Shown: in pieces, positions 1 through 7,587 of the stretch | Position numbering within the stretch: the first letter of the stretch is position 1 | Layout: each line of letters opens with the position of its first letter | Source of the DNA: a virus | Virus genome (UHGV): UHGV-0254771 | DNA: 13,970 nucleotides | Direction: 5' to 3' (one strand) | Translations under genes and position numbers: made by a program | Notes under the pieces: model-generated | Told to the model about the DNA's origin: nothing | The model's input: only the letters and a program-made list of their open reading frames with translations | Database searches by the model: none

Positions 1-233
1 GTCTTTTTCCCTTTTCCGGTTAACGTGACACACCAATAACTCTTGTCGAAAAAGCCAGCAAGCTGAAAGACAGGTATTCACCGCCACCAGCGCGTTTACT
101 GTACTGACGCGATTTCAGTCATAAAAAACCCGCCAGGCGGCAGGTTTAAGCTGTATGACGGAGTGACCAATCTTAACAGATTAAGATGGTTTTTGTTATA
201 ACACAAATCATTTCCTCGGTATCTTTATATCCC

Positions 234-851
234 TTATGTTTCAATCGCCATAGATACCATCAATGAAAGTCGCTTAAAAAACTCTGTAGCAGCTTTGTCT
301 AACGTTGAATAAGTTCTTAGCTCTCCACGCCCGGGACCAGTCACAACCCACGGACGTCTTTTAGGTGTTCTGGCTCCCTCCGAAATCACAACACCTGATA
401 GACTGACATCAATTGTTATCTCCGTTCTTGTTTCATCCTCATGTCTTTCCATAAACTGAATTGCCATAAATGCTGTTTTTTTTCTTTTTCCATTTTTGAA
501 AAAATCAAATAGAGCAAATTCATGATCATTAAATTCAACTCCCCATCGACCTTCCGGATACAGGCTATGAAAGTCCTCATACACACTCTGCATCGTCTCA
601 TAAACTTTAAGCTCTAAGCTTCCATATGGCACAGTTATCATGGACGAGTCACTAGGTAGTTGTATTTTCCCAATATTAAAAAACTTTACAGCATCAGTAC
701 TATGGCATCTTGCCCTAAGTTTATCTTCTGATATGCTTATCGGAGATATATCTCTCAATGTTCCTGGCTGACTACCTCCTAAGTAAATTACCGTTAAAGA
801 TTTCTTATTTTCAATTGCATCCAGCAATATGTGTCTTACATTTTGATTCAT
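234..851 (-). CDS. Hypothetical protein (205 aa); AT-rich accessory (moron-like) gene immediately downstream of the Q antiterminator
   Basis: Intact ORF with ATG at 851..849 preceded by AGGAGG (complement of 858..863) at about 6 nt spacing. Markedly more AT-rich than the flanking replication genes. No recognisable motif, signal peptide or TM segment. Confidence 0.6.
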   Translation of the reverse strand: MNQNVRHILLDAIENKKSLTVIYLGGSQPGTLRDISPISISEDKLRARCHSTDAVKFFNIGKIQLPSDSSMITVPYGSLELKVYETMQSVYEDFHSLYPEGRWGVEFNDHEFALFDFFKNGKRKKTAFMAIQFMERHEDETRTEITIDVSLSGVVISEGARTPKRRPWVVTGPGRGELRTYSTLDKAATEFFKRLSLMVSMAIET

Positions 852-857
852 AAATAA

Positions 858-885
858 CCTCCTGCTGAACGTGTATCATCAGGAG
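858..885 (-). promoter_or_regulatory. Short hairpin whose 3' arm is the Shine-Dalgarno of the 234..851 gene (possible SD-sequestering element)
   Basis: CTCCTG (859..864) and CAGGAG (880..885) are inverted repeats giving a 6-bp stem with a 15-nt loop. On the minus-strand mRNA the AGGAGG ribosome-binding site lies in the downstream arm. The stem is short, so this is tentative. Confidence 0.3.
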
Positions 886-917
886 ATTACTGTAAAATAT
901 AACTAGTAACTGTTCAT

Positions 918-1310
918 TTATCTTGAATCATTTTCGTGATTCATATAGCAATCCATTTCTAAAGATACCTCGAGCATTGCCAGACACCCTTCAACAAACC
1001 CTTCAGCTTTCTGCAATCTAATAACAACTTGATTAAGCGATATCCCCATTTTCGCCCCTAACGCTCGTAATGTGATCCCATATACATAATACATTTCCAG
1101 TAATTGGTATTGATATGGTTCCTTTTTCTTGAGAACTGCCATAACTGAACTAATGATAAGACCATCATCATCGCAACATTGCGGTCGAAATTTTACTTTT
1201 GAGGGGATGAGGCCTTTAAACCCCGCAGCAATTGGCGACCAACTAACATTCTCATGATTATTTGCCGCCCATGCTCCCCAGCGTTCGAGAACCATCTGAA
1301 TATCACGCAT
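918..1310 (-). CDS. Phage late-gene antitermination protein Q (QuuD-like, about 130 aa)
   Basis: Translation [22 protein letters not shown]...[22 protein letters not shown] matches my recollection of the small Q antiterminators of E. coli lambdoid prophages, and sits in the expected position at the end of the early-right operon. The ORF track starts at a TTG (1325); I prefer the in-frame ATG at 1310..1308, which has GGAG about 7 nt upstream. Confidence 0.75.
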   Translation of the reverse strand: MRDIQMVLERWGAWAANNHENVSWSPIAAGFKGLIPSKVKFRPQCCDDDGLIISSVMAVLKKKEPYQYQLLEMYYVYGITLRALGAKMGISLNQVVIRLQKAEGFVEGCLAMLEVSLEMDCYMNHENDSR

Positions 1311-1327
1311 CAACTTTCTCCACAAAA

Positions 1328-2347
1328 TCAGGACAGCACACCTATCGCCAGCGCGCGATCGATAAAACGAAATATCAGCTCCAGTTGGGAACCATACTTC
1401 TCTTCAAATGCCACGGTATCCGCATGCAGTTCGTCATGGTGTTTTCTGCACAAAGGCAACACAAAAAGGTCATGCGCTTTTGTACCCATTCCACCCTGAC
1501 CATGACCAATCAGGTGATGAGGATCGTCGGCTGGCTTACCACAACATGCACACGGCTGCGTCTTAACCCAGCGCGTGTACTTTTCATTAACCCAGCGACG
1601 ACGTTTTGGGCGTAACATAAAAGACTCCGGCGACTCCGGATCCACTTTCAGCGCCAGCACCTTTTTCGCCTTATCCTGGATGATGCTGGTGGCAGTAACC
1701 GAAGGCACAAGGTCACTTTCCCGGGTGACAGACGGCACAACAGGCTTCGGTAATCTCAGTGCCTTACGGGCTGCACTTTCCGGTAAGGCATCCGCCAGGT
1801 CATTACGAATCAGCCACCAGCACAGTTCCGGCATTGTCACAACGTGACTGTCATCAAAACCAAGATCACGGCGCACAACAGATAACACCCAGCGGGCACA
1901 GTTATCCGTTGCCATTGCTTCCAGCCGTTCCGTGAACTGGTCACGGAGAAGATTGTCACAGTGCCAGCACAGACGGATTGCACCCGGCGCGTGCCGCATT
2001 GTGGTTATGTTCTCGCTGTGCCATCCGGAATGAGGCCACTGACAGCCCTTTTCACGAAGTAACCAGCTTTCAAGACATTCCACCCCACCAGTACAACGAA
2101 TAACTGCCTCATTGCGGAACACGGCCCGAACGGCAGGATCATCCGCCAGCGGTTGTGATGCTGCCGGAACGGCACCGCTGGCGAAAGATGAATAACGTTC
2201 CGGCTCAGGCTCCAGCAGGACACGCCCCTGCATAAACAGGGGCATCAGCTCTGAACCGGGCCTGAACAATACAATCCCCATACGCGGGGCAATTTCAGGG
2301 GTCAGCAGTGCTCTCACGGTCACCTCAGCAAACGATATTGAATGCAT
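1328..2347 (-). CDS. DUF968-like prophage protein (YdfU-like) with a C-terminal Cys/His HNH-like motif
   Basis: 339-aa ORF. C-terminal segment ...[43 protein letters not shown] has paired Cys and His-His spacing as I recall for DUF968/HNH-like zinc sites. It sits in the nin-region position between the replication genes and Q. No obvious SD before the annotated ATG, so the start is uncertain. Confidence 0.65.
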   Translation of the reverse strand: MHSISFAEVTVRALLTPEIAPRMGIVLFRPGSELMPLFMQGRVLLEPEPERYSSFASGAVPAASQPLADDPAVRAVFRNEAVIRCTGGVECLESWLLREKGCQWPHSGWHSENITTMRHAPGAIRLCWHCDNLLRDQFTERLEAMATDNCARWVLSVVRRDLGFDDSHVVTMPELCWWLIRNDLADALPESAARKALRLPKPVVPSVTRESDLVPSVTATSIIQDKAKKVLALKVDPESPESFMLRPKRRRWVNEKYTRWVKTQPCACCGKPADDPHHLIGHGQGGMGTKAHDLFVLPLCRKHHDELHADTVAFEEKYGSQLELIFRFIDRALAIGVLS

Positions 2348-2368
2348 ACAGAGAAAAAAACTCAGTCA

Positions 2369-2626
2369 TCACGCAGTAAACTCCTTCACCAGTATTTCAA
2401 ACTGGCTTACCTGTCCTTCCAGTTCCGCCACGCAATCCACCAGCTCATCCACCGCCTTTTGTGTGCGGTGTTTTGCCTGCAGCAGATCACGAAGCGCCGG
2501 AGTAAGCTGCTTGCGGAGCGTATCTTTTTTCACGCTCGTTTTTTCCATCTGTTCAGCACAACGAAGCATCTCCTGCGCCTGCCGACGAAGTTGTTCCGGT
2601 GAAACAGTGATTGTTCTGTTGTTCAA
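2369..2626 (-). CDS. Small hypothetical phage protein (85 aa), predicted helical or coiled-coil
   Basis: ORF whose start overlaps the stop of the upstream helicase gene by 4 bp (ATGA at 2623..2626), implying translational coupling. Charged, heptad-like composition. No family recognised. Confidence 0.5.
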   Translation of the reverse strand: MNNRTITVSPEQLRRQAQEMLRCAEQMEKTSVKKDTLRKQLTPALRDLLQAKHRTQKAVDELVDCVAELEGQVSQFEILVKEFTA

Positions 2627-4023
2627 AATAAACGCTCCGTTTTACTGCCCGACATGCGGTTATTGCTGTATCTGCGCGGATTGCCCGGCGTCATGGGTGT
2701 GGAAAGAACCCGGGCACTCTCCTGGTCCACAGGCAGAAAATGTCCGTTATGAAAACGCCGGTAAATGGTCCCGAGCGTGCCATTACGCTGTTTCGTGATG
2801 TTGATTTCTGCTATGCCTCTGGCCTGAGTTTCCGGGTTGTATACCTCATCCCTGTAAAGCATCAGAATGATGTCGGCATCCGCCTCGATTTCCCCGGAGT
2901 TTTTCAGGTCCGAGTTCATTGGGCGTTTATTGGGTCTGGATTCCACGCCGCGGGAGAGCTGGCTCAGAGCAATCAGCGGAAAACCGCCGGATTTTGCCAG
3001 GCTTTTAAGTCCCTTTGAGATTTCCCCCACCGCAAGGTCGTGACGCCCCGTGCTGCGGGTTTTAATCAGGCCGAGGTAATCGACCACCACCAGCGCCGTT
3101 TCCGGGTGTTTCATCCGGTGGTGCTTCGTGGTTGCACATATCTCATCAATGGTCAGGTTTGCCTGGTCCACCATCCAGATATTACGCCCCGTCATTCGTC
3201 CCACGCCCTGCGAGAAACGCGCCCAGTCTTCATCTTCAAAACGGGCAACAGACTTAAGACGGGATACCGGCATTCCACCGGCAGCAGACACCATACGTTC
3301 ACCAATCTGGATGTTCGCCATCTCCATGGTGAACAGAAGCACGCCATGCCCCTGCTCAGTCACCTTGTCGATGATGTCCAGCGCAAGTTCGGTTTTCCCC
3401 ATCGAAGGACGGGCGGCAATGAATACCAGGTCTCCGGGCTCCATACCGCCCGTTTTTGCGTCCAGTTCATCAATACCGGTCATCAGCGCCCTGGATTTCT
3501 CCAGTCCCTGATTGCGGCATTCAACACGGTCGACCACTTCCGGAAGGACATCATCAATGTGAACCGGCTGAATGACGCCCTTTCCGGTCGACAGTGAGGC
3601 CATCATGTTCTGCGCATCCTTCAGGGCATCCTCGGCTGCTTCACAGGTATACGCATCACGTAAATTCTGTAATGCTTCAGTCAGTGTTTTTTCTGCATCG
3701 CGCAGTGCGGCATTGCGCCGCAACGCTGCGACATAGTGCTCCAGTGAAGACTTCACCCAGGTTTTGCGTCCGGTGTCGGTAATCACCGGGGCAAGTTCCG
3801 GCATCTCATTGCACAGCAGTACGGGGTCAATGACGCCGGATATGCGAGCCTGTCTGCAAATCCCCGCGTAAATATCCCGGTACTGACGCACAAAAAATAC
3901 ATCCGCCGGAAGTGTGGCCAGAATATCCATCACTTCCGGATCGGCCCCACGCAGAAAAAACGCACCGATGACAGCGCCTTCCAGGTCATCGTTACGCCAT
4001 GCCGGGGTGTTCTGGCTGGTCAT
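2623..4023 (-). CDS. DnaB-family replicative DNA helicase (phage-encoded)
   Basis: 466-aa ORF with Walker A ...ARPSMGKTELAL... and the overall layout of DnaB-like hexameric helicases. GGAGG lies about 9 nt upstream of the ATG. Start overlaps the upstream loader gene stop (ATGA at 4020..4023). Confidence 0.85.
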   Translation of the reverse strand: MTSQNTPAWRNDDLEGAVIGAFFLRGADPEVMDILATLPADVFFVRQYRDIYAGICRQARISGVIDPVLLCNEMPELAPVITDTGRKTWVKSSLEHYVAALRRNAALRDAEKTLTEALQNLRDAYTCEAAEDALKDAQNMMASLSTGKGVIQPVHIDDVLPEVVDRVECRNQGLEKSRALMTGIDELDAKTGGMEPGDLVFIAARPSMGKTELALDIIDKVTEQGHGVLLFTMEMANIQIGERMVSAAGGMPVSRLKSVARFEDEDWARFSQGVGRMTGRNIWMVDQANLTIDEICATTKHHRMKHPETALVVVDYLGLIKTRSTGRHDLAVGEISKGLKSLAKSGGFPLIALSQLSRGVESRPNKRPMNSDLKNSGEIEADADIILMLYRDEVYNPETQARGIAEINITKQRNGTLGTIYRRFHNGHFLPVDQESARVLSTPMTPGNPRRYSNNRMSGSKTERLF

Positions 4024-4928
4024 GCGGCAACACCTCCGATACGAGAACGGTAGCTGGGCCAGTTAAACGACAACCAGTTGCGCCCGCCATCGGTGATCCT
4101 GTCGGCAATCCGGGGACTGATGAACGCCCACAATTCTTCCGGTGAAAGGTTGCTGATCAGGATAGTTGGCAAAATACCCTCATACCGGGCATTGATAATT
4201 TCCTGCAAAATGGCCATTTCAGCCGCACTGCCAAACTGAACGCCGACTTCGTCGACAATCAGCAAATCCAGTGACGCATAATGCTCAATGACGTCATCCG
4301 CTGTTTTTTCACTGTCATTCCGCCAGCAGTTTTTCACAGCCCGGGTAAGGCGCATCACGTCGGTGATCTCCACACTGGCCAGATAGTTACGGATGATGTG
4401 TTTTGCCATTGATACCGCCAGATGATTTTTCCCGGTACCGCAACTGCCGGTCATAACAAGACTGGTACCGTTCTCCAGCATATCTGGCCAGTTCTCCGCA
4501 TAGCGGCGACAGGCCGCAAGATTTCTGGCTGCGTCAGGATTAACCTCCAGATAATTATCAAACTCGCAGTCCCGAAAACGCAGAGCAATTCCGGCGTTAT
4601 CAGTCAGTTCTTCCGCCTTGAGGGACGACAGTTCCATGGTCAAATCACTGGCCTCAGCGATCAAGCAGTCAGGGCAGCATGAAATTTTTTCTCTGTCCTC
4701 GCCATTACGATCGATCCACACCAGTATATGCGTACGATATTTACCGTGTTTTTCGCAATATCCGCGACCTTCACGCATCAGGCAGGAACGATAAGGCCAT
4801 GGCTTTTCGCCCTTCTGAGCAAATGCAATCTCTGCCCGTAACTCATCCATTTCTGCCCGTAACTCATCCATTCGCGCCTGTAGTCTTGTTTGTTTCTCAC
4901 GTTGGTCAATCGTCATCATCGCTGTCAC
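4020..4928 (-). CDS. DnaC/IstB-like AAA+ helicase loader with an N-terminal coiled-coil and Cys-rich (zinc-finger-like) region
   Basis: 302-aa ORF. Walker A GSCGTGKNHLA and Walker B DLLIVDEVG are typical of DnaC-like loaders. N-terminal region has C...C...H and CCPDC spacing. Contains a perfect 21-bp in-frame tandem duplication (MDELRAE x2). Confidence 0.85.
   Translation of the reverse strand: MTAMMTIDQREKQTRLQARMDELRAEMDELRAEIAFAQKGEKPWPYRSCLMREGRGYCEKHGKYRTHILVWIDRNGEDREKISCCPDCLIAEASDLTMELSSLKAEELTDNAGIALRFRDCEFDNYLEVNPDAARNLAACRRYAENWPDMLENGTSLVMTGSCGTGKNHLAVSMAKHIIRNYLASVEITDVMRLTRAVKNCWRNDSEKTADDVIEHYASLDLLIVDEVGVQFGSAAEMAILQEIINARYEGILPTILISNLSPEELWAFISPRIADRITDGGRNWLSFNWPSYRSRIGGVAA
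4831..4872. repeat. Perfect 21-bp tandem duplication (TCTGCCCGTAACTCATCCATT x2) inside the loader gene
   Basis: Positions 4831..4851 and 4852..4872 are identical. On the coding strand this is an in-frame 7-codon duplication giving MDELRAEMDELRAE. Confidence 0.9.
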
Positions 4929-4929
4929 C

Positions 4930-5922
4930 TCAGAATGTCAATTTGTTACTGGATTTACCGAATTTGTCAGACATGGCTCCCAGGCCAGCCAGGACATCGA
5001 CCTGTCGCTGTCGCCCACCTCCGTGAGCGGCTGGCTGTTGCCAGTAATCTTCGAAGTGACGATCGGGTCCAAAGAACGTCGCAGCCTGCTTCACGAACTG
5101 TGTGCCGGTATTTCCTGTAGCACGTACCCAGGCGGCATACCGCTTCACGCCATCAAGCATGGTCTCCGGTTTTATTCCCTCCCTGATACGGGCTTTCCAG
5201 GCTTTGAAGGCTGCTGACTTGGAATTGCCACCAGCACGTTTGGGATATTCCTGCCAGGCCTGTTCAAATTCCGGTGAATATTCCTGTCGGGCAGAACGCG
5301 CTGGCGCAGACGCGTCAGCGGATGCATCAATAGTGTTTTTAGTCTCCGTTGTAATCTCTGTAGTAATCTCTGTATTTGTATCAACATTCGGCGTATCCCC
5401 TGTTCCGTTATGACGTCGGGGGGTGTTCCGTTTTAACGTAATAGCTGTATCGCTGATTGCATTATTGCTGTTACTTTCTGGCGAAACAGAAGAAGGTGTG
5501 GTGATGGCCGCAATTGCCTGTGGGTTGATCCCGACAAACAAAATATTGCTGCATTTCACCCCATCGAGCATTTCCACCGTGCGTAAATCCAGAGTAATAA
5601 ACCCTGCATCGCGCAGACGCTTCAGCGCATCTGCGGTTTCCCTTTTCCCGAAACCAAACTGCTCAGCAAACGCCTGGTAGCTTCTTTGCAGTTTGTCGCC
5701 CTGAAAACGCTTGCGATATCCCAGCAACGCTCCGGTGTGCTCATCCCTGACCTCTGTCGGGCGGTACCAGTAAACGATCTCTGAAAGCAGAGCGATAGCC
5801 GTCGCATCCGGACGCCCACTGGGTAGTCGAATATATTTCCACCAGTTCGCAGGTGTAACATTGCCGGAAATATTAATTTGACCAATAGCCATAACTTCCG
5901 GTGTGGTGGCGTAACGGCTCAT
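4930..5922 (-). CDS. Replication initiator / replisome organiser (lambda O-like role), 330 aa
   Basis: Sits immediately upstream of the loader and helicase genes in the same operon. N-terminal winged-helix-like region, low-complexity linker (TEITTEITTE, ASADASA) and a conserved-looking basic C-terminal domain. Contains internal DNA repeats consistent with an origin embedded in the gene, as in lambda O. Family assignment is from position and general features. Confidence 0.65.
   Translation of the reverse strand: MSRYATTPEVMAIGQINISGNVTPANWWKYIRLPSGRPDATAIALLSEIVYWYRPTEVRDEHTGALLGYRKRFQGDKLQRSYQAFAEQFGFGKRETADALKRLRDAGFITLDLRTVEMLDGVKCSNILFVGINPQAIAAITTPSSVSPESNSNNAISDTAITLKRNTPRRHNGTGDTPNVDTNTEITTEITTETKNTIDASADASAPARSARQEYSPEFEQAWQEYPKRAGGNSKSAAFKAWKARIREGIKPETMLDGVKRYAAWVRATGNTGTQFVKQAATFFGPDRHFEDYWQQPAAHGGGRQRQVDVLAGLGAMSDKFGKSSNKLTF
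5351..5374. repeat. Two tandem 12-bp repeats (GTAATCTCTGTA x2) within the initiator gene; candidate origin iterons
   Basis: 5351..5362 and 5363..5374 are identical direct repeats; the GACGCGTC palindrome lies about 40 bp upstream (5309..5316). Lambda-type origins lie inside the O gene as tandem iterons. Only two copies are seen here, so this is tentative. Confidence 0.4.
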
Positions 5923-6218
5923 ACAACCTCCTTCCGCGGCATGAGAATTGTGTAGCCACGCGCAGGTTGTAGTCTGGCTTTTGCATCAATAGTAAGCGTT
6001 GCAATTTTTCGGATATGAAGATAACCAGCTCTTTCCAGTGCCAGGGTTTCCCTGAATATCGCTTGCTTAGAACAACAGCAGAAATCAGCAAGCACCTGAT
6101 GATCAATAACTCTCTCGCCTTCACCGTCTGAAGAACCCGACATCAAAACACGCAACATAATCAGGCGCTGAATCGGGTTATCGAAAGCACATCCGCACAC
6201 AAACTGAAAACAGTTCAC
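5919..6218 (-). CDS. Small hypothetical protein (99 aa), possible winged-helix DNA-binding fold
   Basis: ORF with ATGA overlaps at both ends (5919..5922 and 6215..6218). Segment ...LADFCCCSKQAIFRETLALERAGYLHIRK resembles a helix-turn-helix. Confidence 0.5.
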   Translation of the reverse strand: MNCFQFVCGCAFDNPIQRLIMLRVLMSGSSDGEGERVIDHQVLADFCCCSKQAIFRETLALERAGYLHIRKIATLTIDAKARLQPARGYTILMPRKEVV

Positions 6219-6439
6219 GCCACACCTCCCAGACGCTTAAACATTTTTCCAGACAGAAATACCGCCAGAGGGTAACTGATGGTGTAGCTACGCCCCTGTA
6301 GTTCGCACACGACTTTCTGGCTTTCAGCGTTGACCAGGCAAACCCGCAGAACGTGACCGTTGCTGGTGGCGAACCACTGCCCCACACGGGGGCAACGGTT
6401 GTATCGGTGATACAGGGAATTAACGATGTGGCGGATCAT
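6215..6439 (-). CDS. Small hypothetical phage protein (74 aa)
   Basis: ORF linked to neighbours by 4-bp overlaps (6215..6218 and 6436..6439). No motif recognised. Confidence 0.45.
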   Translation of the reverse strand: MIRHIVNSLYHRYNRCPRVGQWFATSNGHVLRVCLVNAESQKVVCELQGRSYTISYPLAVFLSGKMFKRLGGVA

Positions 6440-6630
6440 GGACGCACCTCCGCCGTAGTTACGTATTTAACCGGGCTACCTTTCATTGAGATGGTTTCAC
6501 ACATCTCTGCCGCTTTCAGTTCCGCTGTTTTTCTGGATTTATAGCAACGGTGCCAGACAGATACATCCGTGCGAACTGATACATCGTTTCTGTATTCCGT
6601 AGTGGAGATGATGATTTCGTAACTAATCAT
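6436..6630 (-). CDS. Small hypothetical phage protein (64 aa)
   Basis: ORF linked to neighbours by 4-bp overlaps (6436..6439 and 6627..6630). No motif recognised. Confidence 0.45.
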   Translation of the reverse strand: MISYEIIISTTEYRNDVSVRTDVSVWHRCYKSRKTAELKAAEMCETISMKGSPVKYVTTAEVRP

Positions 6631-7178
6631 GGGCGAACCTCCTTGTCAGAACCATTCAGCCTGGAATCAACAAGTGCAGCGCCAAAAACAGCATCACCAA
6701 CACGGTCGTACAGTTTGCTAGCCAGCGGAGATTCAACGGCCTTAAGCATTGGATAAAGCTGGCTTGTCCAGATTTGATGGATTTCACGCAAATGCAGGTA
6801 TACGCCTCTGGCGTTTCGTGCGACAGCTGACATATCAGACGCATCGGCACCTGATAAACTCTTCTCCATCAGGTTAAAGGCGTTGATGTATGCCTCTTTG
6901 AACTGGGCAGCACGTTTACCAGTGAAGCCCATAGCAAGGAACGCGAAGCCATCACGGGTGATTTGATAGCAAGGTAGTTTGCGGCCTGTGCAATCGGTGT
7001 AATCACTCACCGAAAAATTGCGGGCAGTGAATGATGCGGAGCATTCAAGCGTGCGGATCTTTTTCAGTACATCGTCATGACGCTTGGAGAAGAAGTTGGC
7101 AACAGCCAGGGATGAAGTAACAGCCTGACCATCAACGATGGCAATTTCAGGTTGAGTGAGGGTTGGGATCGTAGCCAT
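6627..7178 (-). CDS. Rha-family phage regulatory protein (about 183 aa from the internal start)
   Basis: Segment ...VDGQAVTSSLAVANFFSKRHDDVLKKIRTLE... carries the (F)GKRHD(N/D)VLR-type signature I associate with Rha-family proteins. The ORF track extends to 7478 (283 aa), but the ATG at 7178..7176 has GGAGG about 8 nt upstream and places the Rha domain at the N-terminus, as is usual. The ATG at 7478 has no SD and would add 100 low-complexity residues. Confidence 0.65.
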   Translation of the reverse strand: MATIPTLTQPEIAIVDGQAVTSSLAVANFFSKRHDDVLKKIRTLECSASFTARNFSVSDYTDCTGRKLPCYQITRDGFAFLAMGFTGKRAAQFKEAYINAFNLMEKSLSGADASDMSAVARNARGVYLHLREIHQIWTSQLYPMLKAVESPLASKLYDRVGDAVFGAALVDSRLNGSDKEVRP

Positions 7179-7562
7179 GATGGCAGCCTCCGTTGACTGT
7201 GGAAAACTTCCACCACCGGAGCTGCGAAACTCACTGGTGGCAGACTGAACAGGGTTCGCAGTACCGGCGTCAACGGAGACCGGCGAGCCTTTCGGCTCCC
7301 CTGCCCAGCCCACCATAATTCTGGCGTGCGTGAGCGCGGACGATAAAAAAGACGCTGGCGCGTCATATATCGCCGTTGACAATTCCGGGCTGCGACCCCC
7401 GGCACCCGCTTTATAAGGTGCAGAGACAGTGTAACGTCCCGAAATTGCAGAATCAATATTTGGTCTTGAAATGATCATATAGCTGCTGATATCTTTAGAA
7501 CTGTTCTTGGATGTTTCGGAGCCGTTTTATGCGAAACAGCTCCCCGTTATTGATGTTGAGTG

Positions 7563-7587
7563 AGCCGGGTTACTCCCGGCTTTTTTT
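7563..7587 (+). terminator. Intrinsic terminator oriented for plus-strand transcripts (7-bp GC-rich stem, 5-nt loop, T7 tract)
   Basis: AGCCGGG (7563..7569), TTACT loop, CCCGGCT (7575..7581), then a T run through 7587. On the minus strand the stem is preceded by A and followed by CACTCAACAUC, so it works on plus-strand RNA only. The T tract abuts the stop codon of the minus-strand gene 7587..8300. Confidence 0.6.

Noticed and set aside
121-150. Terminator-like GC segment flanked by A and T runs (AAAAAACCCGCCAGGCGGCAGGTTT)
   Set aside because: The complementary arms (CCGCC / GGCGG) are separated by a single nucleotide, so no stable hairpin with a viable loop can form on either strand.
1254-2602. 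Plus-strand ORFs antisense to Q and the DUF968-like gene (1254..1499, 1262..1615, 1575..1847, 2342..2602)
   Set aside because: They overlap better-supported minus-strand genes and have no convincing ribosome-binding sites.
2463-3782. Plus-strand ORFs inside the helicase gene (2463..2798, 2740..3018, 3040..3597, 3128..3511, 3594..3782)
   Set aside because: They lie antisense to a confidently identified DnaB-like helicase with Walker motifs, have no ribosome-binding sites and translate to Arg/His/Cys-rich low-complexity sequence typical of shadow frames.
7064-7478. Upstream extension of the Rha gene to 283 aa (ATG at 7478) and the alternative-frame ORF 7064..7456
   Set aside because: No SD before the ATG at 7478, and the added 100 residues are low-complexity. 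The internal ATG at 7178 has GGAGG at ideal spacing and puts the Rha domain at the N-terminus. The 7064..7456 frame is Arg/Pro/Leu-rich and looks like a GC-rich shadow frame.
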